Source: the human T2T-CHM13v2.0 reference genome, Homo sapiens. From it: a stretch of 64,000 nucleotides of DNA. The stretch's first letter is position 1, and each line of letters opens with the position of its first letter. The position numbers and the translations under genes were made by a program. This document shows positions 11,930 through 33,580 of this stretch, piece by piece. The notes beneath the pieces were generated by a model. The model was given only the letters and a program-made list of their open reading frames with translations, made no database searches and was not told the DNA's origin. The stretch lies in NCBI RefSeq assembly GCF_009914755.1, contig NC_060947.1. The stretch is one strand, 5' to 3'.

Positions 11930-14160
<2,231 letters not shown>

Positions 14161-14460
14161 GGCCCAGCCCTGTTCTATATACTTAGAAAAGAAAAAAAGA
14201 TTACGTTTTCTTTTCAATTTTGCCCCCTGGAGCTGAACTTCATATGTGTGTGTTTGTTTTGGGCTTTTCTTTATTCTATGTAACCCAAGGACATGGTGCT
14301 AGATTTAGTAAAGCACTCTGAATTTAGCTGGTCAGGTGCTTTCTCGTCTTTGTTAGATGGTTTGAGGCAAAATCCTAGGAGCTTTGGTGTCTGTAAAACA
14401 TCAGTTTTTCCTGATAGGGTAGAATGATTAGAATAACAGTAATGAGAATGAGTTATTTCT

Positions 14461-14791
<331 letters not shown>

Positions 14792-14999
14792 TAACTGTAG
14801 CTTTTTAGGATTTCTTTTTGGTTTAATATGTTGCTTGTTGAAATCTTGACTCTGATATTGACACTGTTCCTTTGTTTAAAGCTTTAGTCTTATATTGCAC
14901 AATAGGGTAATTGTTTTTTGTAAAATATATCGGTTTTGCTCCTTTTATGTGAGAATGTATATATGTATGAAATCTATATATATATAAAATCTTGGCAGA

Positions 15000-15140
15000 G
15001 GAGCCAAGGCCCTGGGTTCTGACTTAGAGTAGCTGAATGATCTTAGACTAGTCAACCTTCCTCTTAGGGACTCAATTTTTTGATCTATAAAATGAGGAGA
15101 CTGTGCAAAATGGTCACTAGTGTGTACCTCAAATTCTGTG
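15000..15140 (+). mobile_element. MIR-like fragment
   Basis: ccctgggttctga...tgatcttagactagtcaac...tcaattttttgatctataaaatgagg. Confidence 0.55.
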
Positions 15141-15148
15141 TCAGATAA

Positions 15149-15873
<725 letters not shown>

Positions 15874-15986
15874 CAAGACTCACAGTCTTGAGCTAGTAAC
15901 AGTCTTGCTTATGAGGGTCTTGTCTTCCCCTCTTGAAATGGACTTTTGTTTATTTTTTGCTGAATTTAGGTATCTTTAAAAAAGCA

Positions 15987-16235
15987 GGCCGGGTGTGGTG
16001 GCTCATGCCTGTAATTCCAGCACTTTGGGAGGCCCAGAAGGGTGAATCACTTGAGCCCAGGAATTCGAGACCGGCCTGGCCAAAATGGTGAAACCCCATC
16101 TCTACTAAAAATACAAAAATTAGCCAGGCGTGGTGGTACACCCCTGTAATCTCAGCTACTCAGGAGGTTGAGGCAGGAGAATCTCTTGAATCTGGGAGGC
16201 GGAGGTTGCAGTGGGCTGAGATGGCACCACTGTGC
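15987..16235 (+). mobile_element. Alu, 3'-truncated
   Basis: ggccgggtgtggtggctcatg...atggcaccactgtgct; taaaaaagca flanking repeat. Confidence 0.9.
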
Positions 16236-16454
16236 TAAAAAAGCAAAGGCCCTAGAGATTTTATGATTTTTCTACTTGATGAAATTAAGTGATAAAAAAT
16301 TTGAGTAGAAAATTAACATATTTTGTATAAATATGTACATTAGGGGCCTAAGTAGACGTCCTTTGGATTTTCAAAAAGGAGAGAATTTTGCAAATTTTGG
16401 GTTAAATTCCAGGGTAGATTAAGAGTTGTTTTGTAAATATTCAGAAAAAGAAGT

Positions 16455-16795
16455 GGTGAGCACTAGGAACTGGTATTGGTTCACCAAGGACAAAAAAGTC
16501 TTGTCAGCCTGATCAAATTTTCTTGATGGACAGGGTTACTGGGCTGTAGATTAGGGAAATACGGTAGATGCACTATATCTAGATTTCTGCAAGGCATTCA
16601 CAAAACTTCTTTGGTCTACTTTTGGATAAGATGGCTGGGTGATAATGGTGATAATATGTTTAACTGGACTTGTCTGGAACTGGTTGAATGAATAGTCCCA
16701 GAGGAAAATGATTAATGAAGCCAGGAGCAGTGTGGAGAGAAGTTTCTAGTGCATGTGTGTCCTGGCTTTGTCCTTGAGCCTGTCCTGTTCAGTCT
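16455..16795 (+). mobile_element. L3/CR1 LINE reverse-transcriptase remnant
   Basis: Degenerate translation ..GFTK..DRVT..GNTVDALYLDFCKAF (16555-16599)..WNWLN..VWREVSS..VLEPVLF resembles the CR1-clade RT motifs (YLDFSKAFD; SGVPQGSVLGPVLF). Confidence 0.8.
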
Positions 16796-16829
16796 ACTTT
16801 CCCATTCTCTTCAAATTATATTTTTCTCC

Positions 16830-18690
<1,861 letters not shown>

Positions 18691-19311
18691 TTTATACACA
18701 CACACACACGATTTGGACTTTAATATTTTACTTTTGGATTATCAGTTACTGAAAAATGACCATAGGTGTTTTGACAACTTAGATGAGAAGAGTATTTCTC
18801 CAGGTCCCATTTTCTGAGTTTCTTCCACAGAAACTTGACCTAAAGGAGATTCAGTTGAGTTTGTGATCCTGTGGGTGTGACAACTGTGAAGAACATTTGA
18901 ATCGAGACTCTCCATTGACCTGGTAAAACATAGAAATTGGTTACATTAACTCAAGTTGTCAAACTTCATCATAAAATGTGTGTGTTTTAGTTACTGTGTT
19001 ATAGTATCTCTGTTAAGTGGAAAAGATTCTTCTTATCAAGTGTACCCACCACCTGGAGAACAGGGAAAAGGTACAAATCTGTCTTTATTCTCATGTTTTT
19101 TGGATGAGGTATTTTGTTTTGGTGGTCTTTATGTATACTTTGGCTTATGGGTTGCAAGAGCCAAAGACTCTGTTAATCTTTCATTTGAATATGCTATATG
19201 AAATTGCTTTAAGATATAGAGAAGGCCCTATTGAGGCTTTTACCCTGAGCTGCTGGGTGATCCGGAATAGGTGAGAAGGCAAGATCCTGTGAATACTTTT
19301 TCTTAGTTTGA

Positions 19312-19677
<366 letters not shown>

Positions 19678-20321
19678 AGTATAGCATTTTCACTCAGTAG
19701 CTCTTCTTGCATCCTCACTAAGCTCTTTGGGGGACAAAAACATCCAGTCAATAGGGATAAACTGGAAATTTTTATGGCATGCTGATCCGGCATGTTTTGT
19801 TTTCTGTTTTCTTCTCAGTATCCTTCAGGATGGTATCCAGAACCCTGGCTATGTGTGTGTATGGCCGAGGAAGCATACACAGTGACAGTGCAGGGACCAG
19901 AATAAGGACACCCAGCTTTCTGGGTTAGTCATAGTTCCAAAATTATTCTAAAAGTAGAACTGAAATTATTTTTCCTCAAGCAATATTTGCCCATTGAAGC
20001 CTATTTGCCATATTTCTGCCCTCTCACATAGCCTTGAGAAATATTTTTGGTAATTTATGTTTATTGATTTGGTATTGTTTTTACCCAAAGAGTTTAGAAT
20101 TATTTGCAGATTTGAAGATTTCCCTCTCTAAATTATATTTAAAAATTAAATCAGACTAGTTCTAACTTTGATTCCGTATGGACCTCATTGATTTGGTCAT
20201 AAAATCATAATGATGTCATAATTAGAAGGGATCTTAGAAATTATCTAGTTTTAGAGGTGTTAGACAACACCTCTAAACAATGGACCCATCATTAGAAACT
20301 AACCCAAGTAATAGGCTTCAT

Positions 20322-20618
20322 TATTATTATTTTCAGACAAGGTGTTACTCTGACACCCAGGCTGGAGTGCAGTGGTGTGATCATAGCTCCCTGTAGCCTT
20401 GAACCCCTGGGCTCAAGCGATCCTCCTGCTTCAGCCTCCTGAGTAGTTGGGACTACAGGCGTATACCACCACGCCTGACTAATTCTCTTATTTTTTTTGC
20501 AAAGACAGGGTCTCAATATGTTGTGCAGGTTGGCCTCAAAATCCTGGCCTCAAGCAATCCTCACACCTTGGCCTCCCAAAATGTTATGATTACAAGTGTG
20601 AGCCACTGCATCTGGCCC
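20322..20618 (-). mobile_element. Alu (AluJ-like)
   Basis: gatcatagctccctgtagccttgaacccctgggctcaagcgatcctcc. Confidence 0.9.
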
Positions 20619-20749
20619 CATAACTATTTTATAAAGACAAGTTTGTGATTCCTAGAAATGTTCTGATATTTGGCAATTCATATACTTACTCCATACTAAC
20701 AAGTATCTTCTTAATGGGCTTATTTTACTTTCACCTCCATCCATTTCTT

Positions 20750-21050
20750 TCTTTTTTTTTTTTTTAAGATGGTGTCTCACTCTGTCACCCAGGATGGAGT
20801 GCAGTGGTGTAGTCTCAGCTCACTGCAACCTCCCCCTCCCAGGTTCAAGTGATTCTCATGTCTCAGCCTCCTGAGTAGCTGGCATTACAGGAGCCCACCA
20901 CTATGCCTGGCTAATTTTTTGTATTTTTTTTTAGTAGAGATGGGGTTTCACCATGTTGGCCAGGCTGGTCTCGAACTCCTGACCTCAAGCAATCCACCTG
21001 GCTCAGCCTCCCAAAGTGCTGGGATTACAGGCGTGAGCCACCGCGCCAGC
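20750..21050 (-). mobile_element. Alu
   Basis: Alu consensus; TSD catccatttcttt. Confidence 0.93.
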
Positions 21051-21539
21051 CCATCCATTTCTTTTTAAAATATGAACCATAGTGTGAAGGTTTATACTCC
21101 AAAGGCAAATATAGGAACCTAACCCACAATTCATACTCCTCAAATTCTGTGACTCTCTCTGAGGCTGTAACTTCACTTCCACCAGAGTTCTGTTATTTTT
21201 CACAATTGGTGACTTATTTCTTTGAGCCTCAGGGCAGCTCAGCAATGGCAAATGAGGGCTGTATGAGTTTGAGATTTGAATGTCTGCACTTCCATAAGAT
21301 GGAAAGAACTTTTTGGGCAGCAGTTGATTTATTTTGAGGTTATAGGCAACTAAAACACGAGCCATTATTCAGCCATGTCTTCCCTACTCAATATTTGTGT
21401 GGGAACTCAAGGTCAAGAAGATACAGTTCTCTATTTCACTTTATTTTTATTTGCATCTTCTGATTCTTTCTACCTATCATAATCTGTGTGTTTGAAGTCT
21501 GTCATCCAGTTGCTTCCCCAGTGTCATCGTCATTTCTAA

Positions 21540-21842
<303 letters not shown>

Positions 21843-22635
21843 TAAATTTGATAGGCAGGATGTTATTTTGTAGCTTTTCCCTTTTATATCTTCATTCGAG
21901 TCATTGGTAGTCTATACTATATGCAGAATAAATATCGTCTGTTGCTACCACTTGTTTCCTGTCTCTACAATATTTTCCTGCCTATAATCAAATAGAACCA
22001 AATAAACAATACAGGTTGAGAAACTGAGCACCTCTCAGCTTTCCAAATTAATAAAAAATGTCATCTTTAATTTTTGACAATTTTCCTGTCATTAGGCAGG
22101 TAGATGGATTTGGAAGCAGAGGCTTAGAGGAGAGACGGACTTGGAAGCCTGGGTGTGTGTCCAGTTCGCAATAGGGAACTTGTAGTTTCAGTCCCCTTTG
22201 ATGCCTTATTGGGCTGTTAACTATGTCTTGAAACCTCTGACATGTTAGTGTTTTGCAGAAGTGGTTCGTGGTTTTGTTGGTCAGTTTTTAGCATGTTTGG
22301 GTGGGTGAAAGGAGAAAGTTTGTATTCCTTTTTTTTTTTACATTTGTTCCTGAGGAGCCAAAATTTGAGAATCACAGAGTCCAGGTTTGTCCTGTCAGAC
22401 CTCTATATCCAGTTGGCACATTCAATAAATGTTGACTCAACAGGGGTGCAGATCGCCACACTAAACCTTGAGAAGGAAGCAAAAACCACATCAAGGAGCT
22501 TATATTTTAGTAAATGACATCACCACTAATTCTGAGCACTAGATTTTAAAAGGGTGAGGTAGTGGAGGGTTAGGAAACTATGTTGGATGAAGAATGGTTA
22601 AGGAAATAACAACATTTAGCCTGGAGAAGACATAA

Positions 22636-22889
<254 letters not shown>

Positions 22890-23517
22890 AAGACATAACT
22901 TTTTGAGGACATTCTTGAGATCATTCTTCATTATGGCTGATATTATCCCACCTTTTCCATGTCTCCAAGGAAAAAACTCAGATTCTTTGCCTTTGATCCT
23001 TTCTCACTCTACATCCAATCAGATGTCAAATTTTCTCCCTTCAAGCCCCAATATATTTCTTTTTTGTCTTTCTCCACTTTTGAAGGATCCAACATATTTC
23101 TTGATTCCTGTCTCTTCTTTCTGTCTTCATTGCCCTTATACTATGTCAGGCCTTTATAATTATTGTCTGTAGTAGTAGAGCAGCTTCCCGGTCTCTGTTA
23201 TCTCTCTCTCTCTGTCCTCCAATTCTGTCTTACACTCCCAGAATAATTTTCCCTCAAACCTAGTTCTAATTGTGTTACTTTCCTGTTTAAACACTTAAAC
23301 GCAGTTCCCATTGCCTAGTAAGAGAAGTGCTATCTCAAGCACTTATAATCTGGCCTGCAACCTACCATTACTTCCCCTTCCCCTGTTTGCACTCTGCCAT
23401 CTACTCCCATTTCATTCAGTAGTCTTGTTCCAGTCTTTTCCAACTCTTTGACCTTCTTTAAACTATTCCTTCACACTGTTTTGAAGGAAAGAACCCATCA
23501 TGTTTTATGCTGTTTTA

Positions 23518-23967
<450 letters not shown>

Positions 23968-24049
23968 TTATACTAGGGGCTGTGGAGAATACACAAACAT
24001 AGAAAGCATGTGCTTCGTCTGTCAAGAAACTTAAATGTAGATATAAGAC

Positions 24050-25232
<1,183 letters not shown>

Positions 25233-26352
25233 AACTTCTTGGAATGAGGTAGGAAAGATGGTGAAGGATGTAAAGGTTGTTCAGTGTCAGGCAGGGGAGA
25301 AATGTTTCAGGAGCAGGGAATAACAGGTAGAACTGAACAAGCTGTATTCAAGGGGTCCAGGCAAGCTAGCTCAAAAGAAGACCTGTGTAATTCAGATGTG
25401 GGATAGATAGGCTGGCTGTGATGGGAGGATGGTTGTAGCAGTCCTTGAAAGTTTGGCTGACATAGTAAAAGTAAAATTCTTTAGTGCTCATTGAGTCGTT
25501 ATAGATACTTGGACAGGGGGGCTACAAATTCAAGCTTTAGGAAAGCTTTTCAAATAAGAATCTAATCTGGATTGAGTTTGTAAAGCCTTGGGGCAGAAGA
25601 CCAGTTAGGGAGGTACAGCAGTGGCCCAGAGAAGAGATAATAAAATAGTCAAGGGAAAATTAAGACACGAAATCAACAGTACGGCAATGACAATTAAAAG
25701 TATAAAGAAATAGATTGAGGAAGCAATTAGGAAGAAACATCAGCAAAATTTGAGGAAACACTGGTTGTATGCAGGGAAAAGGGGGTGTCGTTTACAGTAA
25801 TGGGGGTTTGGCATGAGGAAAAAAAAGGCTTGGTTTTCAAGTTGGGGGCAGATTTAATGTAGTCAAATTAGGTAGATACTTATAGAGGTAGATATAGTGT
25901 CATGTAGGTGGAACAGCGTCTTAACTCATGGTTAAACAGGGCCAGGGAAAGAGGGAGAGAAAGACCTGTGGACTAAGGCCTAACCTGGAGAACCAGCAAC
26001 TCCACTCACCAAGAGGACACCTTTTCTATTATAATGCAGACAACATTTTAGCTCCTCTTTGTCCATTCCAGAATAAAATCTTTACTTTTGCATAACCAAA
26101 AGGCTCATTAAACTGTTTTTCTCCAAACAAAAGATCAATTTGTCCTCAAAGGTAAATTCTGCCTCCACTTCAGAAACAGAAAAAGTGCTGGAAGAGTGGA
26201 ATAGTAGTTTATCCTTAGTCAGAAAGGTTTCAGGATGTTGGGGTTCAATTTGGTAGTGCTAATCAAAAATTTTAATTTGCATATAATTTGACCCTGCAGT
26301 TTCACTTCTAGGAATCTATGCAACAGAAATGCTCAAACAAATATACAGTGCA

Positions 26353-26500
26353 GGCCGGGCATGGTGGCTCATGCCTGTAATCCTAGCACTTTGGGAGGCT
26401 GAGGCAGGTGGATTCCTTGAGGTCAGGAGTTCGAGACCAGCCTGGCAACATAGTGAGACCCCCATCTCTACAAAAAATAAAATATAAAAAACAAAAAAAA
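26353..26500 (+). mobile_element. FLAM / Alu left-arm monomer
   Basis: ggccgggcatggtggctcatg...ctctacaaaaaataaa; caaatat/acag/atgcag flanking repeat. Confidence 0.85.
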
Positions 26501-26629
26501 ACCCACAAATACACAATGCAGCATTGATTGTAATATTAAGAATTGTAAACAACTTAAATGTGTATCAATTGAAATATGACTGAATAAATTATGGTCTGTC
26601 CATAGTATGGAATCCTATGCAGCTATTAA

Positions 26630-26910
<281 letters not shown>

Positions 26911-27262
26911 ACATGGATGAGTTTTCATGATGTATCAGAAAATGAAAAAAGCTTGCGTGTGAATTGTGAGTACATGTATATAAGCCATATATGCATGGAA
27001 GTAAGTCTGGAAGGACACATACTAAAAATACCAACAGTGGTATCTTCTGGGGAGTGGGATGGAGAAGTGATACAGAATTTTTAAAAAGTGTAAACTCAGC
27101 AGCTTTCTTTGCAGGCACATAAGACTGTGGCATCTTTAGGGCTTTCCTTTCCTGAAGGATTTGCAATTGTATTACCAAGTTTTATTTTTGAGAGCTTATC
27201 CACTCTCTGGCCCCACCTTTCTTTTCAGAGACACTGCAGGATCCAATTCTGTAAGTTAAGAC

Positions 27263-27410
27263 CAGCAGCTCCAAACTTTATCAGAATCACACTGATGCTT
27301 GTTAAAATGCAGATTCCTGGGCCCCTGCTCAGTAGATTCTGATTCTGTGTATCTGGGATGGGGTGCCAAATCCTGATCTTTTAGAGGCACCCCAACTTGT
27401 CAGTGACTGG
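27263..27410. mobile_element. MER5-like hAT-Charlie DNA transposon relic
   Basis: atcagaatcac...gcttgttaaaatgcagattcctgggcccc...agattctgattc...tctgggatgggg. Confidence 0.75.
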
Positions 27411-30400
27411 GGCAAAACCCTTCTTCGGTACTGACTTCTGATTGTGCCCCCTCCCACTTGTTTCTCTGTGATTAGCAACTGGGAAAAAGGAAAGAGGGCG
27501 ATGACTGGATATCTTTGTGGGTCACAAACAGTTGGGTTCATCTGAATGGGAAAAAACAAAGCAGTTTAGTAGACTTGAGATTTTAGTGTTGCTTCTTTGA
27601 AGTGGGCCCTCTGGGTTAGAGGCTGGTCAGGTGGGCTTCCTAGGCGGTGACTTTGGCCTAGGAGATGTCCTCCAGCATTGGCTGCGATGGCTGTGTTAGT
27701 GACAAATCAGAGGGAAGGAGGGAGCTTGGCGAGTCCTGAAGTCTTAGAATTGAGATGCTTTTTAAGGGAAGCTTTTGTCCTGGGAAAATGATACCTCTAA
27801 TATTTAAGATGAGGTAGTATCTAAGTCTATTCTAAACAGTTTTTTGTTAGAATGATTTTTCTTTGTTGTAAAAAGTTGTTAATCAGCCGCCTATTGTGGG
27901 TTGTTAACATCTCAAAAGGGTGTTTAAAAATAATAAACCCCAATTGCTCCCAACAATTAACCTTGGGAACAAAAGTAAATGTGAATGCTTCTTAACCACC
28001 TTTCTAAGCCCTCAGTGAAGCTGGCAGCCATCAGTTAAATAAACCATTAAGTTTATTAGTTTAAGAATAGAAGTGTCAACTTGGACACAGTTTTCTAATT
28101 TGCTCCTCATTTACCCAACAATCATTTATTCAAAGGCTGCTCTGCCTAGTAGACTTTAGATAAATCTACAAATAAAAGCCAGAGACTGATGGGCAGCTGG
28201 AACTCTAAGGGAATCATCCAAATGGAAAAAAAAGTGAATAAAACACAATTTAATAAACTTGAAATTTTAGCAGCACATGTAAAAACAAAAAGCGTATGCC
28301 TTAGAGCAATAGCTTTGTTCTCTTTCTGTAGTCTATTTTAAGTGGGCCCTCTGGCCCAGAATTATCAGCCTTGGATTAGGAGCTTTGAGGAAATGGTGGT
28401 TTCGTGGTTGTTTTTTAAAGGATTTTTAAAGAAATGTAGTTACTAAGCAACTGCCATGACCTGCTGCTAAGTTGGAGTTCAGCGGGCAAGTCGATTCCAA
28501 AGAAGGGAATATATAAACAAGTTTCAAGAAGGGGAAAACATGGCTTAAAGATAGATTGGGTGTACTTTTTTGTTCACAGTTCAATGCATAGTTCTTTCTC
28601 TCTTTGACTTATCTTCCCCTAAGAAAGGGCTGCCTGGTCAGAAATCTTTGTCTCACACGGTTCTGCCCATAGCCGGTGAGCTCAGAGGAGGGCCAGAAAG
28701 GAACAAATGAGAAACAATCCCCACCCAGTGTAGAGGGCCAAGCCCTGGGGTGGGGCCAGCACCCAGGCGGTCTCCAGAGGTAGACTGGCCTGCTGTTATG
28801 CTCTAGGACAGTCCAGGGCTTAGGTTGGGGCACCTCATTGATATTGATGGCTTGCCGTGTAACCCTCAGAACAGGAACATTGTCCAGCTGTTGTCTCTCT
28901 ACCCTCCGCCACCCCACCCCCCGCAACGTTTAATGGGTGAGTCAGTGACTTAACTGCTTCCTCCAGGATTTCAGGAACAGGAGTAGGTAATGAGGACAAA
29001 TCACCATAACACCGGCGTGTGATGAATGAAAGAGCACACGAATTTAACCCGTTGGTTAAACTGATATCACAGTGAACAAAAGAAACTTTGTTGAGAGGAG
29101 GTTATTTGCCTCACTCCATTCCTTCCCCTTTAGGCTTTAGCAATTCCCCTTACACCCAGTTGAAGGTCAGTCTGGTTGCTTTGCAGAGGGAAGGGGAGTG
29201 TCAGGTGCTGGAACAGGTGTTTTGTTTTCTCCTGTAGAGTCATACGGACTAGGTGGGGATGCTTCTTGCCAGCCCTCTATGGTGCACGAAATTGCTTTTG
29301 TGGAATTTTTTCCCCTGGAAGTGTGTTTGTTTTTTAAAGCAGTTTCCCAACCTTCAACCCCTAGTATAAATTTTGACTCGCTTCAAAGTCAGCTTGTCAT
29401 AGTGAAGTGTGCCTGTTTTCTAGCATTTCCACGGCCTGTGGCCTTAGATATACCCCATTTTATGCGGCAATTATAGGCCTGGAAAATGTGTAATTGTGTG
29501 TTTGGTAAGTGTGAATATTGTATTTTAAATGTCCTAGGAGAATGTCACAGCAAAGCAGCCCTATAAAAAGCCTTTTATAATAATTGTACAGCTAGAGTTA
29601 ATTTTCTTATATCAGGTTTTCTTAAATTCGGCATAAACCTGTATTACATTTCCAGAGTGATAAGGCTGTTTCCAGCTGTTGTGATGGTCTCAATGGGCTA
29701 TAAGGTTAGGGATGGACTTATGACCTCACTGACTGGATGATTTTGGAGGTGAGAGGTGTCAGCCGACTTCTCGGTTTGGGAGAATTTATGTTTTAATGTA
29801 TGCTACTGAAGCCAAAGAGGCTATTGGTTAAAAGGGAAATAACTCAGGAGAGCTTTAATTCTCCTCATATGGTTGTTACGGTTGTGAGGTTTGTTTGTTT
29901 TTACCTCTGTACTGGGTTCCAATATCACCCCCCTTCACCCCAGCCAAAAAGTCATCCTGAAAAAATTGTCTTCTTGCCTAACAATGATATAATTGACCTC
30001 AGGTCCTTTCCAGCCCCTCCGCTCTGCGTCTCAGGGCCATCTGTTCTCTGCAATCCGCTTTTTGGGAAAGTCTCCTTTCCCATCTGCTCTCCTTGGGCCT
30101 TAGTGTCAGCTCTAAAGATTTATAAAGGTTGCACTGGAACCTCTTTCCAGTTGTTATTTTTATAAAGGATCAGTGATATTTTGAGGCAGATAAGAGCTTT
30201 GTGCATTTGACCTGCCCAAATGCTACTCCCTTTTCAGGTGCATTCTTTCCTTCTGTTAGTCTGGGGTTGAAGGGAAGTCTGTCTTTCTGTGCTTAGGAGG
30301 AGGGACTTTGCTTATCAAAGCAAAGACTGAGTGGGCTGGCTCTGGCTGCTTTTAAGCCAAGGGGCCTTCTGGCTTTTTGGCTGCTGGCATGCAAGCTCAG

Positions 30401-30453
30401 AGGCGCTCCTTGAGTTCATTCTTTTCCCATCTTTTCCCTTGTTTCCGTGACAG

Positions 30454-30568
30454 AATACAGTCGCTTTGAATCGAAGATACATGACTTACGAGAACAAATG
30501 ATGAACAGCAGCATGAGCTCTGGGTCTGGGTCCCTCCGAACAAGTGAAAAGAGGTCCTTGTATGTCAG
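30454..30568 (+). CDS. DLG3: DLG3 exon 10 ([39 protein letters not shown])
   Basis: tgacag|AA ... CAG|gtaagt; 115 nt; flanked by 24.8-kb and 12.8-kb introns. Confidence 0.97.
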
Positions 30569-33374
30569 GTAAGTTGCCCTTCAGAGCACTAGCCCTTGTG
30601 CTGGACGAGGAGAGCTCCATGCCAACCCAGCCCTTCTTATTTAACTAGTGGGCTAGGGAGTATGTACTCCCAGTTCTAAAATAACGCTTCTCACTGTATG
30701 CTTAGGTTGTGTATTTTATGGTCAGTGTCTCCTCCCTTTTGTGAGCTGGCTTCTTCCTTTTAGCTCATGAATGACTCAGTATGGGAAAATTTCAGTTTGC
30801 TCTAATTGTAAAAGACTGTTGGGTGATTGTTGCTAGTCAGCATTCAAATATCAGTCAAATGTTCAAAGTACTTTGCTTGCAATCTGTGCTTTGAGGGGAA
30901 ACTTGCCACCCCCCCATCCCCTTCCATGTATGCATAATAGACATCAGGATTTGTATCTGAGCATAGCAACTATCGCAGTGTTCTGGTACAGGATCTCTTT
31001 TAAGAGACCAAAGAACTGACAGGTTGCTGCATTCTGGATGTTTTATTGTGATTCCATTCCCCCCTCACCACCCGCTGCACTGGTCTGCTGTATCTATGAA
31101 TCATGGGATGTATAGTGTATGTGCCCTAGGAAGAGGGAGGGGGTGGAGGGAACAGATAGGTAGCATGGAGTATATTGCTGCTGAAAGCTATTCCGAGATA
31201 TTTCCAAGGTTGAGCTTCTCTGACCCTTGAGGCATAGCTTAATACTTTGTCAGGTCAAAGTACAAATCTCCTGGGGAGTTGGAGTGCCAAGTGAATACTG
31301 TGGACTCCTCATAGAATTAGGGATAGCTTCCTTCTTCCTGCTTTGGCTTCTTGGCAAAACTCCAAAATCTGGTGCCAAGTACATTGTATCCTCCAAGGTT
31401 AAAGCCCTTAGAGAAAGGTGGTGGGGATTACTCTCCTGAGCCAGAAGTTGCTACAGTATTGTGTTTAATGCTTAGGTGTGGGGTCATATCAAACTCTTGG
31501 GCTGAACTTTTTCTAGTGGCCTCTGATACCTGGCTGGGAAGTTGCACTTGCTAGTTGCTTGGCAACGTGACAACTGCTCTGTCCTTGGGGTGTGAGAGGA
31601 CAATAGTGAAGGGATGTCAACGCTAATTGCAGTTTTTCTCATGGTGCTTGCTTTTCTTTTTCCCCAGTTGGTGGTCCCTGACTCTACCGCAGGGAGTGGA
31701 GCTAAAGGAGCCCATCTCTGAGCCTGAAGCCCACTAGAACCCTTCACAATCTTTCCTAATGGGAACCCTCAACTCCACCCCTTGTGTGTTGAAAGCATGT
31801 GCTATGCTTACCTCCCGCTGTGAAGGGAGAATGGTAGGAAGGCAGGACTAGTCACTGGTCATTTTTCCAATTCCCCGGAAAGGAAAGTTTTGTTTTCTGT
31901 CACTAAAGCCCTTGCTCCCAGTCTGCAGCCTGGATACTGGGGTGCTGATGGGTGAAATCAGAAATGCACTGTCGACCCCCCAAAATAGGTAATGGTTATA
32001 TGACTTGGTCAGGATTGTTCCGTTCCGTGCTTCCAGCCCCCGCAGATGTGGCACTCCAGTGTGCGTGGGAAGCTGCTCTTTAGGCAAGACAGTTTCTTTG
32101 GAGAGCTTTATTTTTAGATTTCCCCTCTCCGCCTATCCTGTGTTAGAGTTCTCTCTGCCTGGGCAGGGGGAGTGGGACATTGGCTCCCGATATGGAGCAC
32201 TCTTCCCTGGCTCAGGCAAGGGAATTAAAGGGATACACTTAGCTTAACTCTGGGGCGAGGGTGGAGACCATGACTGTGTCTAGTGAATCAGTTTATATAA
32301 TCTGCCCGTAACCTTCTCTAGATAAATTATCTGTATCCTCTGAGGAAAGTAGATGTGGTTAGGAAAATAGTAACCATTTGTGATCACTAGATTTAATCAG
32401 GGGCACTTAATGTCTTATGGCTAAAGCATTGAGCTGAGGCCCTTTGCTAAGCTAACCCCTTTATCAGAACCTGGCTTACTCTCTTCCCTTTTGTTCCTGA
32501 TTTTGGCCCTTCACTCTACACTTGGTTCCTTTTCTTCAGCATGTAAACATATTTAAGCTTCTTCCATTCTTAAAAAGAAGAAAATATCCCTTGATACCAA
32601 TAGTCCCTTAAACTATTGTCTTGTATCCCTTTGCTTACTGCATTTGCCAAATTATTGGCCAGAAAACACTAGCTCCTCAAGATATTACTAAGTATTGTGT
32701 GAAAAATCAGTGGTTTAGTAAGTTGGGCAAATGCAGGCTTAAACAGAGGAAAATGGGGCTCTTTCCTGTGATTAATCTCCAGGAAGGACTGTACTAGGCA
32801 GTGTTTCCCCAAAAGATAGAGCGTGGGAGCCTTATTTGAGAAACCTATGTCAACATCCAGGTTGGGAAATGTTGGAGTACTTGCTGCTGCTTCAAATCAC
32901 TTCTCTTTCACTAGCCCGAAAGGAAGCGTGCATCTGCTTTTCAGTGTGGTAGTGTGGCTCTGAACAGCTCTGGAAAGCTCCAGGGGAGCAGAAACCTGAC
33001 TCTCTGTCAGGGATCAGTGGGTGACTTCTTAGTCTTCAAATTTAGTGACTGGTTCACTGGTTCTCTGACATTGTTCTGACCTCTTCACCACATTTGTTTC
33101 CATGAATTACCTGCTTTCTTCTTTAAAGGCTCTCTTTCTACCCTGCTTACCATTCCTTAATACCTTTCATTAGCTCTGCCCCCCTAAATGGCAATGTCAT
33201 TTATTTTCACAGCTTCAAATCCTGCCGTATAAATGACATTCCTGATCTCTTTACTGAACTACAGACCTGCATATCTACTACTTGCTGGACATGTGCATAA
33301 ATAAAACTGCCCTCTCAGCGCCTCAAACAAGCGGCATGTACTTTCCTTATCTAAGTTAATTGCCTCACCCTATC

Positions 33375-33580
33375 ATGTGGAAAAGGGATTAGATTTGTTC
33401 TGTCACCCAAGGCAGATCTCTGCTCAACATAAGGAAGGAAGAGCTAATGATTAAAACTGTCTGAAAATGGAATGGACTGCTTCCGGATATAGTAAATTCG
33501 ATCTTTAGTCACTCAAGGTGTTACAGAAGAGGCTGGGCAACCATTTGCCTGGGTATTGCAGAGGGGGTTGAAACTAAAGC
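33375..33580 (+). mobile_element. L3/CR1-like 3' fragment
   Basis: gtggaaaagggattagatttgttctgt...tcaacataaggaag...tggaatggactgct...cagaagaggctgggcaaccattt. Confidence 0.6.

Noticed and set aside
29562-29579. Near-palindromic TATAAAAAGCCTTTTATA (TATA-like on both strands)
   Set aside because: Short AT-rich word with no CpG island or linked exon; expected by chance
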